Origin: Gammaproteobacteria bacterium
GTDB taxonomy: Bacteria > Pseudomonadota > Gammaproteobacteria > Natronospirales > REEB76
Assembly: GCA_036000105.1 (NCBI GenBank)
Contig: DASYGE010000011.1
Location: 9,504 to 73,503, forward strand
Length of the DNA stretch: 64,000 nt
Reading direction: 5' to 3'
The notes below the pieces were generated by a model. That model was given only the letters and a program-made list of their open reading frames with translations. It did not search any database and was not told where the DNA came from. How positions within the stretch are numbered: position 1 is the first letter of the stretch; each line of letters begins with the position of its first letter. Shown here piece after piece: positions 1 to 9,465 of the stretch. Position numbers and translations under genes: made by a program.

Positions 1-2195
1 GCGGTGCGAATCGGGTGGATGTGGCCCGTGCCTTGGGGTTCTTGCACGCGCAAGACCGCTTCTTCCAGATGGACATCCTGCGCCGGGTGGCGGCGGGTGA
101 ACTCTCCGACCTCGTGGGTTCCGCGGCCCTGGATGTGGACAAGCATGACCGCCTGTTCCGTCTGCGTGCTGTGGCGCAACAGGTGGTGGCTGCCGCCACG
201 CCGGAACAGCGCGCCATGTTGGAGGCCTATAGCGCCGGCGTGAACGCCGGTCTCAAGGCGCTCAGCACCTGGCCTTTCGAATACGCCATCCTCTTCAAGC
301 GGCCGCGTCCGTGGCTGCCGGAGGATTCCGTGCTGGTCATCTACGCTATGTACTTCGACCTGCAGCACCCCACAGACCGGCGTGAATCCGATCTCGCGCT
401 GATGCGCGATACGCTGCCCGCCCCCCTGTTCCGTTTCCTGAGCGCCTCCGGCACCCAATGGGATGCGCCGGTGGTGGGCGTGCCCGTCGAGACCCCGCCC
501 ATCCCCGGGGCCGACGTGCTGGACTTGAGGAAGCAGGCCACGGCGAACACCCTGGCACTGCGGGCTGGAGCCGACGATGGATTTCTGCAAGATATCGGCA
601 GCAATAATTGGGCGGTCACTGCCGCACACGGTGCTAACAGCCATGCTCTGCTCACCAACGATATGCACCTCGGCATCAGAGTGCCGAACACCTGGTATCG
701 CGCACAACTCAACTATGACGGCATCACCCTCACCGGCGTGACCCTGCCGGGAGTACCGGCCATGGTGGTGGGCAGCAACGGGCATGTGGCCTGGGGCTAC
801 ACCAACAGCTACGGGGATTGGGTGGATCTCGTGCTATTGCACGTGAACCCAGACGATGGGCACGAATACCAGACCGCCGATGGCTGGCGGCATTTCGAGC
901 ATCACATGGAGATCATCCATGTGAAAGGCGGGGATGATGTGACCCTCGATGTGCGGGACACCCAATGGGGGCCGGTGCTGGACAAGGGCCACAACGGCAC
1001 GCTGCGGGCGGTGCATTGGATAGCCGCGGACCCGCAAGCCACCAACCTGGAGCTGGCGGATATGGATCGGGCGCGCAACGTGACCGAAGCCATGGCGGTG
1101 GCCAACCGCGCGGGCTTGCCGGAACAGAACTTCATGACTGCCGACGCGGATGGCAACATCGCCTGGACCATCGCCGGGCATATCCCGGTGCGCAGCGGTT
1201 TCGATCCGCAGATACCTTCCTATTGGGACAAGCCGGGCACGGGTTGGACCGCCTGGCTGCCGCCTGAGCGCTATCCCCGGGTGGTGAACCCGGCGAACGG
1301 CCGGTTATGGACCGCCAATGCCAGGGTGGTGGACGGCGCCATGCTCGCGGCCATCGGCGATGGCGGCTATGACCTCGGCGCACGGGCCCGGCAGATCCGC
1401 GACGATCTCATGGCCAAGGACAAGTTCGCTCCGGTGGACATGCTCGGCATCGAACTGGATGACCGGGCCGTGTTCCTGGCCCGCTGGCGCTCGCTCCTGC
1501 TGCGCCTGCTCAATCCGGAGAATCTCACCGCGCATCCGGAATGGGCCGAGTTCCGCGGTTATGTGGAGCATTGGGGCGAGCATGCCGCCGTGGATTCGGT
1601 GGGCTACCGCCTAGTGCGCGCTTTCCGCCTGGACGTGGAGGACGCGGCCCTCACGCCCCTGTTCTCCGCCGCCCATGAGGCGGATACCCGTTTCGATTAC
1701 CACGGGCTCTCGCAGCTTGAAGGTCCCCTGTGGGCACTCGTGAGCCAGCAGCCGCCGAACCTGCTGAACCCGCGTTACAAGAGCTGGGATGGATTGCTCC
1801 TGGATTCCGTGGACCGGGTGATCGCGGAGTTGTCACTCCCGGATACAGGCCTCGCCACCCGCACTTGGGGGGAGCGCAACACGGTGCGCCTGCGCCATCC
1901 CTTGAGTCCGGCGCTGCCTTCGTTCCTGTCCCGCTCCCTGGACATGGCGCCGGTGCAATTGCCGGGCGACAGCAACATGCCGCGGGTCCAGGGCGTGGAT
2001 TTCGGCGCCTCGGAACGCATGGTGGTGGAACCGGGTCATGAAGCGGAAGGCATCTTCGAGATGCCTACCGGGCAGAGTGGCTGGCCCTTATCGCCTTATT
2101 ACCGGAACAGTGAGGCGGCTTGGGAGCAGGGAGAGGCTACGCCGTTCTTACCAGGCAAGCCTGAGCACACGCTGGTGTTTCAATCCCCGGGATGA
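1..2195 (+). CDS. Penicillin acylase family protein (S45 Ntn-hydrolase; possibly an acyl-homoserine-lactone/beta-lactam acylase), 5' end outside the window
   Basis: The frame is open from nt 3 to the stop at 2195. It has an 'HAQDRFFQMD' alpha-subunit motif and an internal 'G|SNNWAV' autoprocessing site that gives the N-terminal nucleophile Ser of the beta subunit. The 726+ aa length fits the family. Confidence 0.85.
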   Translation, partial: GANRVDVARALGFLHAQDRFFQMDILRRVAAGELSDLVGSAALDVDKHDRLFRLRAVAQQVVAAATPEQRAMLEAYSAGVNAGLKALSTWPFEYAILFKRPRPWLPEDSVLVIYAMYFDLQHPTDRRESDLALMRDTLPAPLFRFLSASGTQWDAPVVGVPVETPPIPGADVLDLRKQATANTLALRAGADDGFLQDIGSNNWAVTAAHGANSHALLTNDMHLGIRVPNTWYRAQLNYDGITLTGVTLPGVPAMVVGSNGHVAWGYTNSYGDWVDLVLLHVNPDDGHEYQTADGWRHFEHHMEIIHVKGGDDVTLDVRDTQWGPVLDKGHNGTLRAVHWIAADPQATNLELADMDRARNVTEAMAVANRAGLPEQNFMTADADGNIAWTIAGHIPVRSGFDPQIPSYWDKPGTGWTAWLPPERYPRVVNPANGRLWTANARVVDGAMLAAIGDGGYDLGARARQIRDDLMAKDKFAPVDMLGIELDDRAVFLARWRSLLLRLLNPENLTAHPEWAEFRGYVEHWGEHAAVDSVGYRLVRAFRLDVEDAALTPLFSAAHEADTRFDYHGLSQLEGPLWALVSQQPPNLLNPRYKSWDGLLLDSVDRVIAELSLPDTGLATRTWGERNTVRLRHPLSPALPSFLSRSLDMAPVQLPGDSNMPRVQGVDFGASERMVVEPGHEAEGIFEMPTGQSGWPLSPYYRNSEAAWEQGEATPFLPGKPEHTLVFQSPG

Positions 2196-2974
2196 GTGCC
2201 TGTCAGTGGACGGGCATAGGCCTGCTGCTGCGATGGGACGACGTTGCGCCGCTCCAGCCATTCGATGAGTGCAGACCATTCGTACACGTCTTCCTTGACG
2301 TTGCGGTCCTTGAGCTCGTGCACACCGAGACCCTGTTCCACTGCGTGGATGTAGTTCTGGGTGTCGCGCAGGGTCGCCACGAAGGGGATGTCGAGGCTGT
2401 GCAGGAAGCGCTTGAGGGTCTCGAACATGCGTGCCTGTTTCTTCACCCGATTGGCCACCACTGCCACCCGCTCGCGCCGGTTCTCGATGCGCCCCGTGAG
2501 CAGGAGGTCGGCGATGCAGCGGGAGGCAGCATGGATGTCGATGTCCGAAGGCAGCACCGGGATCAGGATGGCGTGGGCGCCACGGGTCACGTCCTGCAGC
2601 TTGAGGGGATCCATGGCCGCCGGTGTATCGACGATCAGGCGTTCGGTCTCCGGCGGCACGCGCATCAGGAAACTCTTGGTCACGCGCCCGCTGCGGTCAT
2701 AACCCGTGAGGCCGGTGATCGCCGGCTTGCGGTCGCCGCGGTTGGCGAGCCAGCGCAGGCTGGAACCCTGGGGGTCAGTGTCGAGCAGCGCGGTGTGATA
2801 ACCGCGGGCGGCATAATAGGCGGCGAGGCTCGTGGAGAGTGTGGTCTTGCCGCAACCGCCCTTGGAGTTCAGCACCACGAACTTGAGCAGGGGACGCTGA
2901 GTGCGCGGCTCACTCTCGACCGTATCAGGGTCGGATTCGCCGGATCTCTGGATCCATAGATTCAGGCTTTGCAT
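2180..2974 (-). CDS. Orphan ParA/MinD-family P-loop ATPase
   Basis: 264 aa. It has a deviant Walker A 'NSKGGCGKTT', 'LLDTDPQGS', and a Walker B-like 'LIVDTP'. The 3' end overlaps the acylase 3' end convergently by 16 nt. Confidence 0.8.
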   Translation of the reverse strand: MQSLNLWIQRSGESDPDTVESEPRTQRPLLKFVVLNSKGGCGKTTLSTSLAAYYAARGYHTALLDTDPQGSSLRWLANRGDRKPAITGLTGYDRSGRVTKSFLMRVPPETERLIVDTPAAMDPLKLQDVTRGAHAILIPVLPSDIDIHAASRCIADLLLTGRIENRRERVAVVANRVKKQARMFETLKRFLHSLDIPFVATLRDTQNYIHAVEQGLGVHELKDRNVKEDVYEWSALIEWLERRNVVPSQQQAYARPLTGTHPGD

Positions 2975-3320
2975 GGGCCCATCATCCCCGCCATGGCGGT
3001 GTTGGCATCGGCCGGCTCACTCAACCCATCGCTTCAAAATCCAAGGCTAGCGCCTTGAATGGTATTGATTTTAGTATGCTTTACGCCAGCGTCCAGCCCA
3101 TTTAACCTTTGCGTGAGGAGGGCATCATGGGTATCTCCGTCTGGGCCGGCCTCAGGGCACGCAAAGACCCGTCGCAATCCCGCCAGGCGGCCATGCTATG
3201 GACGCCTTCCCATACGGGGACCTGCCTATCCCAGGGCCGCATCTGCCATAGTGGACGGCATCCCATGGACTCCAGACGCGCCTGCCTGTCCCGCTATCCC
3301 ACGCTGTTGGAGGACCCAGC

Positions 3321-4496
3321 ATGAGCCCCGCGACCCCTGCACGACCCAAGGTCGGATTGGTACTGCCCGGCGGCGGTGCCCGCGCCGCCTATCAAGTGGG
3401 CGTGCTCAAGGCCCTGGCGGAGCTCCTGCCCCAGGATGCGCCCACCCCTTTCCCGATCATCGCCGGCACCTCGGCCGGCGCCATCAACGCCGCCATGCTG
3501 GCGAGCCATGCGCAGAACTTCCGCGCCGGTGTGGCCTATCTGGACAACCTGTGGCGCGAGATCCATAGCGATCAGGTGTTCAAGACCGGGGTGCTCACCG
3601 CCCTCAAGACCGGCAGCCACTGGTTTTTCACGCTCCTGTCCGGCGGCATGGACCGGCACAACCCCATCTCGCTCCTGGACAACGCGCCCCTGCGCGAGCT
3701 CCTGCGCCAGCACATCGTGTTCGAACAGATGGATCAGGCCATCGATGCCGGGGTGCTTGATGCCCTCGCCATTACCGCCTCGGGCTACACCTCGGCGCGC
3801 TCCATCTCCTTCTTCCAGGCGCGCGCCGACCTCAAGCCCTGGCATCGCGAGCGCCGCTTCGGCGAGCCGGTGGAGACCATGAGCCTCGATCACGTCATGG
3901 CTTCCGTGGCCTTGCCGGTGATCTTCCCGGCGATACGCATCGGCCGCGAATATTTCGGCGATGGTTCCATGCGCCAGTCGGCGCCCTTGAGCCCGGTGGT
4001 GCATCTCGGCGCGGAGAAGGTGTTGGTGATCGCCCTGCGCAACGAGCAGCCGAACCGGTTGCCTTTGGAAGAGGAGATGGTGCCGTATCCCTCCCTGGGC
4101 CAGATCGCGGGCTATCTCCTGGACACCCTGTTCATGGACAGCATCTACGGTGACCTGGAACGCCTGCAACGCATCAACAGCACCGTGAGCCGCATCCAGG
4201 CGCGGCCCGGCGAAGAGCAGCCCCTGAAGGTCATCGACACCATGGTGATCACCCCCAGCGAGGATATCCGCGACATCGCCCAGCGCCACAAGGACGAATT
4301 CCCGCGCAGCGTGAAGTTCCTGTTGCGGGGCGTGGGCGGCCTGCACAAGAGCGGCAGCCAGCTCCTGAGTTATCTCTTGTTCGAGGGGAAATATTGCCGC
4401 GACCTCATCGACCTCGGCATGCGCGATGCCCAAGCCCAGGCGGACAAGCTCCTGGAGTTCATCGGGGAAAGCGTGACCGGGAAAACCGGCAGCTAG
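3321..4496 (+). CDS. Patatin-like phospholipase family protein (RssA-like)
   Basis: 391 aa. It has a 'PGGGARAAYQVG' oxyanion motif, a 'GTSAG' GxSxG nucleophile elbow, and 'GDGS' supplying the catalytic-dyad Asp. Confidence 0.9.
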   Translation: MSPATPARPKVGLVLPGGGARAAYQVGVLKALAELLPQDAPTPFPIIAGTSAGAINAAMLASHAQNFRAGVAYLDNLWREIHSDQVFKTGVLTALKTGSHWFFTLLSGGMDRHNPISLLDNAPLRELLRQHIVFEQMDQAIDAGVLDALAITASGYTSARSISFFQARADLKPWHRERRFGEPVETMSLDHVMASVALPVIFPAIRIGREYFGDGSMRQSAPLSPVVHLGAEKVLVIALRNEQPNRLPLEEEMVPYPSLGQIAGYLLDTLFMDSIYGDLERLQRINSTVSRIQARPGEEQPLKVIDTMVITPSEDIRDIAQRHKDEFPRSVKFLLRGVGGLHKSGSQLLSYLLFEGKYCRDLIDLGMRDAQAQADKLLEFIGESVTGKTGS

Positions 4497-4510
4497 ACAG
4501 CCCAGTCGGG

Positions 4511-5368
4511 CTACTTCAATTCGTTGTGTCTCAGAAGCACTTCTCGGCCCGCACTGCGAAAATGTCCGGCCAACCTCTCCGTCACATACACTGAACGGTG
4601 ATAGCCGCCGGTGCAGCCTATGGAGACGGTCAGATAGCGCCGGTTGGAGGATTCGAAGCGTGGGATCCAATCTTCCAGGAAGCCTGTGATGTCCACCACG
4701 AATTTCTGCACGATCTCGTGTTTCTCCAGATAGCGCGCCACCGCCGGGTCACGGCCGGTGAGGGTCTTGAGCGTGGGTTCCCAGTAGGGGTTGGGCAGGC
4801 CACGGGCGTCGAACACGAAATCCGAATCACCGGGCAGGCCGTGACGATAACCGAAGGACTGGAACATGAGGGATAAAGCCTCGCGCGCCTCACGGTGGAT
4901 GCGCGCCCGCACCAGTTCCCGCAGTTCGTGCACCGAGGTGCGTGAGCTGTCCAGCACCACGTCCGCCTCGTCCGCCAGGGGCCCCAATAGTTCCCGCTCG
5001 GCGCGGATGGCGTCCTTGAGGGAGCGGCCTTCCCCCGCCAGCGGATGCGGCCGGTGTGTCTCGCTATAGCGCTTGAGCAGCACCCCGTCCTCGGCGTGCA
5101 GGAACACGATCTCGCACTCGATGCCCTCGGCTTTCAGCTTGCGCACCGTCTGGGGCACGGAGCGGATGTCTTCCATGCGGTTGCGGGCGTCCACGCCCAC
5201 CGCCATGCGCTGGTAGGCGGGGTCGCCGGTGAGCAGGGTCTCCCGGGCGAAGCTCTGCAGGTGGCCGGCCGGGATGTTGTCCACGCTGTAGTAACCCAGA
5301 TCCTCCAGCATGTGGAGCGCCACGGATTTTCCGGAACCTGACAGGCCGCTCAATATGACGAGACGCAT
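4511..5368 (-). CDS. rapZ: RNase adapter protein RapZ (YhbJ)
   Basis: 285 aa. It has an N-terminal Walker A 'GLSGSGKS' and a C-terminal 'IGCTGGYHRSV' motif, and lies next to the rpoN-hpf block. Confidence 0.93.
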   Translation of the reverse strand: MRLVILSGLSGSGKSVALHMLEDLGYYSVDNIPAGHLQSFARETLLTGDPAYQRMAVGVDARNRMEDIRSVPQTVRKLKAEGIECEIVFLHAEDGVLLKRYSETHRPHPLAGEGRSLKDAIRAERELLGPLADEADVVLDSSRTSVHELRELVRARIHREAREALSLMFQSFGYRHGLPGDSDFVFDARGLPNPYWEPTLKTLTGRDPAVARYLEKHEIVQKFVVDITGFLEDWIPRFESSNRRYLTVSIGCTGGYHRSVYVTERLAGHFRSAGREVLLRHNELK

Positions 5369-5424
5369 GCTTTGGGACTACGCGCGGGATAGATAGGTAA
5401 CGCTAGCATATTTCGCCCGCCCCA

Positions 5425-5459
5425 TGAAAAACCGGCGTAGGGGGTTACCGCTACGCCGG
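5425..5459 (-). terminator. Rho-independent terminator downstream of hpf
   Basis: On the minus strand it reads CCGGCGTAG-(10 nt loop)-CTACGCCGG followed by TTTTT. The stems are at 5432-5440 and 5451-5459, and the plus-strand A-run is at 5427-5431. It lies 24 nt after the hpf stop. Confidence 0.7.
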
Positions 5460-5482
5460 TCGGGGACGGGGGAAGCCGCCGT

Positions 5483-5812
5483 TCAGGTGGGGGCGGTGGT
5501 GCGCACCGTGGCGCGGTCGTGGTGGCCGGTGAGTTTCTCCTTGTGCTTCTTCACCTGCCGATCGAGCTTGTCCACCAGGCAGTCTATGGCGGTGTACATG
5601 TCCTGCTCGATGGAATCCGCGAACAGTTTGCCGCGGCTGACGTTGAGGGTGGCTTCAGCCCGGTGCTCCAGTTTGGAGACCGTGAGCACCACGTGGATGC
5701 CACTGACGTGCTCGAAATGTCGTTCCAGTTTCTCGAAGCGGTTCTGCACGTAGTCGCGCAGCGTCTTTGTTATGTCCACATGATGTCCGGTGATGTCTAT
5801 TTTCATGCTCAA
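5483..5812 (-). CDS. hpf: Ribosome hibernation promoting factor (short HPF/YhbH type)
   Basis: 109 aa. 'MKIDITGHHVDITKTLRDYV' is the typical HPF N-terminus, and the gene lies immediately downstream of rpoN. Confidence 0.93.
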   Translation of the reverse strand: MSMKIDITGHHVDITKTLRDYVQNRFEKLERHFEHVSGIHVVLTVSKLEHRAEATLNVSRGKLFADSIEQDMYTAIDCLVDKLDRQVKKHKEKLTGHHDRATVRTTAPT

Positions 5813-5838
5813 CTCCTAGTGGCTCATCGTCGTCGTTT

Positions 5839-7242
5839 TCACCTTGAATCGGCGCGCCTGCGCTCGTGCGCAGGCGGTATGGTCAGGGATTCGCGGTATT
5901 TGGCCACGGTGCGCCGGGCCACATGTACGCCGTGATTGGTCAGCTCCTGGGTGATGTGGTTGTCGCTCAGGGGCGAGTGCGGATCTTCCTGAGCCACAAG
6001 TTTCTTGATCATGGCGCGGATGGCGGTGGCCGAGAAGGCGCCGCCGTTGTCAGCCGCGAGTTCCGCCGAGAAGAAATGCCGGAAGGCGAGGGTGCCGCGC
6101 GGCGTGGCCATGTGCTTGTTGGCCACCACCCGCGAGATGGTGGATTCATGCAGGTCGAGTTCGGTGGCGAGATCCTTCATGAGCAAAGGCCGCATGGCTT
6201 CCTCGCCACGCTCCAGGAAGGCGCCCTGACGGGCCACGATGCTGCGCGCTACCCGGAGCAGGGTGTCGTTGCGCATGCGGATGCTGCGTACCAGCCAGCG
6301 GGCTTCCTGCAGTTGCTGGGCCATACCGCTGCCGCTGTCGCCGCGCCGGAGAGCGGCGGCGTAACGGGCGTTGACCCGCACCCGCGGCACCGCCTCGGGA
6401 TTGAGATCCACGTGCCAGCCGCTACCGCGACGGATCACCAGCACGTCGGGCAGCACGTAATCCACCTGAGTGCCAGCGACCACGGTGCCGGGGCGCGGGT
6501 GTAGACCGAGGATGATGGACATGGCCGCGTCCAACGCGGCACGCTCCACGCCCAAGAGGCGGCACAGCTGGGCATATTCCCGGGCGGCTAGGGCTTCCAA
6601 GTGGCTGTGCACCAGGGTCACTGCCAGGCGTTGGGCGGAATCCGCCGCATCTTCCTGGCGCAGTTGCAGGAGCAGGCATTCCTTGAGGTCCCGGGCCGCG
6701 ACGCCTGGAGGATCGAAGGCTTGCACCCGGTGCAGCACCGCGTACATCTCTTCCGGCTCCGGGGATTCGTCGCTATCGGCCAGGGCTTCGCGGATCCCTT
6801 CCAGGGGTTCCGTGAGATAGCCGTCGTCGTTCAGGCTGTCGATGATGGCCGCGCCGATGGCGGCATCCCGGGCGCTCAAGCGCGCCAGTTCCAGCTGCCA
6901 CAACAGGTATTCCTTCAGGCTCTGGCCACAACTCCGATCGGGAGCTTCGGCGCGCTCGCCGTCCTCATCCTCCCAGCCCGAGACCCCCGTACCCATGGTG
7001 TTGTCCCAATCCATGGATGTCTCCACCGGCGCCTCACGGGCTGTCGGGCCGTCTTCCCGGGCAGGCGGGGGTACCGAGGACTCTTCCTCGTCGCCGCGCT
7101 CCAGGAGCACGTTACCTTCCAGGGCCTCCTGCACCTTGGCCGCGAGTTCCACTGCCGAGAGCTGCAACAGGCCCAAGGCCTGGCGCAGCTCCGGGGTGAG
7201 GCTCAAGCGCTGGCTATGGCGTAGCGCGAGGGTCGCTTTCAC
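5839..7242 (-). CDS. rpoN: RNA polymerase sigma-54 factor
   Basis: 467 aa. It has an acidic region II and a C-terminal RpoN box 'ARRTVAKYR', and lies downstream of lptB. Confidence 0.97.
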   Translation of the reverse strand: MKATLALRHSQRLSLTPELRQALGLLQLSAVELAAKVQEALEGNVLLERGDEEESSVPPPAREDGPTAREAPVETSMDWDNTMGTGVSGWEDEDGERAEAPDRSCGQSLKEYLLWQLELARLSARDAAIGAAIIDSLNDDGYLTEPLEGIREALADSDESPEPEEMYAVLHRVQAFDPPGVAARDLKECLLLQLRQEDAADSAQRLAVTLVHSHLEALAAREYAQLCRLLGVERAALDAAMSIILGLHPRPGTVVAGTQVDYVLPDVLVIRRGSGWHVDLNPEAVPRVRVNARYAAALRRGDSGSGMAQQLQEARWLVRSIRMRNDTLLRVARSIVARQGAFLERGEEAMRPLLMKDLATELDLHESTISRVVANKHMATPRGTLAFRHFFSAELAADNGGAFSATAIRAMIKKLVAQEDPHSPLSDNHITQELTNHGVHVARRTVAKYRESLTIPPAHERRRADSR

Positions 7243-7374
7243 GCGCGTGGATCTCGAAGTGGATCAAGGGATTGGACTCTACCCGCAAGGACCCCCCTGA
7301 TTTTGCAGGGGGTCGAAGGCCGCACCCACCCTATGTGAGGGGAGGCGGAAAGACGTGGACGGACCATGCTTAAG

Positions 7375-8100
7375 TTATAGCCGAAAATTCTCGCCCAGGT
7401 AGACTTGACGCACCTCTTGGTTGGCGAGGATGCTGTCGGGAGTGCCTTCCGCTATCACCTGACCTGCATTGATGATGTAGGCCCGACTGCAGATTCCCAG
7501 AGTCTCCCGCACGTTATGGTCTGTCACCAGTACGCCGATGTTGCGCGCTTTCAGGTGCTCGATGATGCGTTGGATGTCGATCACCGAGATGGGGTCCACG
7601 CCGGCGAAGGGTTCGTCCAGCAACATGAACACCGGATCCGCCGCCAGCGCCCGCGCGATCTCCACCCGGCGCCGTTCGCCGCCCGAGAGCGAGATGCCTA
7701 GGCCGTCGCGGATATGGCGTATGTGCAGTTCCTCCAGGAGTTCCTCCAGACGCTTCATGCGCTCGCCGCGGGTGAGTTCCGCGCGGGTCTCCAGGATGGC
7801 GAGGATGTTGTCTTCCACCGTGAGCTTGCGGAACACCGAGGCTTCCTGGGGCAGATAACCCAGCCCGAGGCGCGCCCGTGAATGCACCGGCAGCTTGGTC
7901 AGATCCTGGCCGTTCAAGGTGATGTGGCCGCCGTCGGCGGGCACGAGACCGACGATCATGTAGAAGGACGTGGTCTTGCCGGCGCCGTTGGGCCCCAGGA
8001 GTCCCACTACTTCACCCCGGGTCACGTTCATGGATACGTCGCGCACCACCTCGCGGCGGCGATAGCGTTTCATCAGGTGCTCGGCAATCAGGCTGCTCAA
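7375..8100 (-). CDS. lptB: LPS export ABC transporter ATP-binding protein LptB
   Basis: 241 aa. It has Walker A 'GPNGAGKTT', the ABC signature 'LSGGERRR' and Walker B 'FMLLDEP'. It overlaps the lptA stop by 4 nt. Confidence 0.96.
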   Translation of the reverse strand: MSSLIAEHLMKRYRRREVVRDVSMNVTRGEVVGLLGPNGAGKTTSFYMIVGLVPADGGHITLNGQDLTKLPVHSRARLGLGYLPQEASVFRKLTVEDNILAILETRAELTRGERMKRLEELLEELHIRHIRDGLGISLSGGERRRVEIARALAADPVFMLLDEPFAGVDPISVIDIQRIIEHLKARNIGVLVTDHNVRETLGICSRAYIINAGQVIAEGTPDSILANQEVRQVYLGENFRL

Positions 8101-8915
8101 GGCGGGGCTCCTGGGTGGGTGGCGGCGGCCGGCGCGCTCGTATGGGTGCTCTCCGCCGGCATGGCCCGGCTGGTGGCGGCGCGGACGGCCGTCATGCGGG
8201 CCGCCTTGGCTGCGGCCACACGGGAAGCGGCTACGGCGGCTTGTGCGTTCTCGAAGTCGAGCCGTCTCTGATCCGCCGTCTCAGGCATCTCGACCGGCAG
8301 CAGCTTCGGCGGGAAGGTGATGTGCACCCGGCCGTCGTCCTTGCCGCCGCCTGTGGCCACCATGCGCTGGGTCTCGGTGTTGTAGCGGATACGGTCGGCG
8401 GTCATGAGGCGCTCGCCCTGGGCAACATAGGGCGCGAGCGTGCTGGTGACCGTGATCGGCGCGCGCACGGTACCGGCGGGCGGTGCCGAGAGGATGTCGC
8501 CGTTCACTTGATCCACCGCCTGGGTCATGCGGGCATTGGTGATGAGGTCCATCTGGCTTTTCGAGGCATCGTAGGTGATCTCCAGGGCCATGCCGTGGAC
8601 CATCTGGCCGTTATCCGGCTGCTGCTGGAAGGTGGCGGGGTTGCCGGTCACATCCGCCGTGTCCAGCTCGTTGTTGGCCACGTGCAGGATGGCCTTATCT
8701 GCGGTCAGCATGATGCTGCCCTGGGTTATGACCACGTGCCCGGTGTAGATGCCGGTGCCGTTGCTGTTGTTCTTGGGGTCGGAGCGGAAATCCCCATGGT
8801 CCGCCTGGATGTTGATGGGCTGGCTCTTATCGCTCTTGAGGGCGTAAGCACTCTCTGCGGCCAGGAGGCCGCAGAGCAGGAACACCGTGCACTGTTTAAG
8901 GCTGCTTGGGGACAT
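8097..8915 (-). CDS. lptA: LPS transport periplasmic protein LptA (OstA-like) with a long Ala-rich C-terminal extension
   Basis: 272 aa. It has a signal peptide ending 'AESAYA' and an OstA-N-like beta-jellyroll core ('ADHGDF...[11 protein letters not shown]'). The position between lptC and lptB fits lptA. Confidence 0.88.
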   Translation of the reverse strand: MSPSSLKQCTVFLLCGLLAAESAYALKSDKSQPINIQADHGDFRSDPKNNSNGTGIYTGHVVITQGSIMLTADKAILHVANNELDTADVTGNPATFQQQPDNGQMVHGMALEITYDASKSQMDLITNARMTQAVDQVNGDILSAPPAGTVRAPITVTSTLAPYVAQGERLMTADRIRYNTETQRMVATGGGKDDGRVHITFPPKLLPVEMPETADQRRLDFENAQAAVAASRVAAAKAARMTAVRAATSRAMPAESTHTSAPAAATHPGAPP

Positions 8916-9465
8916 AGAAGCTCTTTACGTCGGTCCTCAATACCATCCTATTGTCCTGCATGTAGGCGTCCATGCCCACTCCGGTGGTGAGGCTCACGCC
9001 CTTGGTCATCCGCACCGGATCGTCGGTGCTGGCGATGTTGGTGTCCAGGTCCACGGTCATCTTGTCCGTATCGATGATTAGCGGCGGGCCGCCATTGGCG
9101 TCCGGCCGGCGCATCTCCACATGGCCATCCAGATAGACGAACTTGCCGCCGCTGGGTTCCAGGGCATGATCCGCCTGGGCGAACCAGGGGGGGTCGCCGG
9201 CTGCGAAATAGCGCATGCGCGGCGCGAAGACTTCCACACTATCGTCGTCCGGGTGGTGCACCATGCGCGGCGCGCTGAGTTCCGAAGCAGGCTTGCCATT
9301 CACATCCAGGCTGGTGACCGTGGCATCGGTGAAATAGTAATCGGGTATGTGGGTCTTGGGTTGCTCCCCCAGAATGCTCTGCAGGGCGGTCTGGCGCAGC
9401 AACCACAGGGTGCTGGCGGCGATGAAGGCCAGCACGCCCAACATGGCGAAGAAACGCAGGTTCAC
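8896..9465 (-). CDS. lptC: LPS export system protein LptC
   Basis: 189 aa. It has a single N-terminal TM anchor and sits between kdsC and lptA. It overlaps both neighbours. Confidence 0.85.
   Translation of the reverse strand: MNLRFFAMLGVLAFIAASTLWLLRQTALQSILGEQPKTHIPDYYFTDATVTSLDVNGKPASELSAPRMVHHPDDDSVEVFAPRMRYFAAGDPPWFAQADHALEPSGGKFVYLDGHVEMRRPDANGGPPLIIDTDKMTVDLDTNIASTDDPVRMTKGVSLTTGVGMDAYMQDNRMVLRTDVKSFYVPKQP

Noticed and set aside
3321-4496. The patatin-like phospholipase as a CBASS (CapV-like) effector.
   Set aside because: There is no CD-NTase/cyclase, E1/E2/JAB or other CBASS gene nearby. The neighbours are rapZ and an orphan ParA-like ATPase, and the sequence looks like the housekeeping RssA-type family.
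7297-7320. A hairpin (GACCCCCCTG...CAGGGGGTC) in the 132-nt lptB-rpoN spacer as a terminator.
   Set aside because: It is an imperfect 7-9 bp stem with no U-tract on the transcribed (minus) strand. rpoN is normally co-transcribed with lptB, so the evidence is too weak to call.
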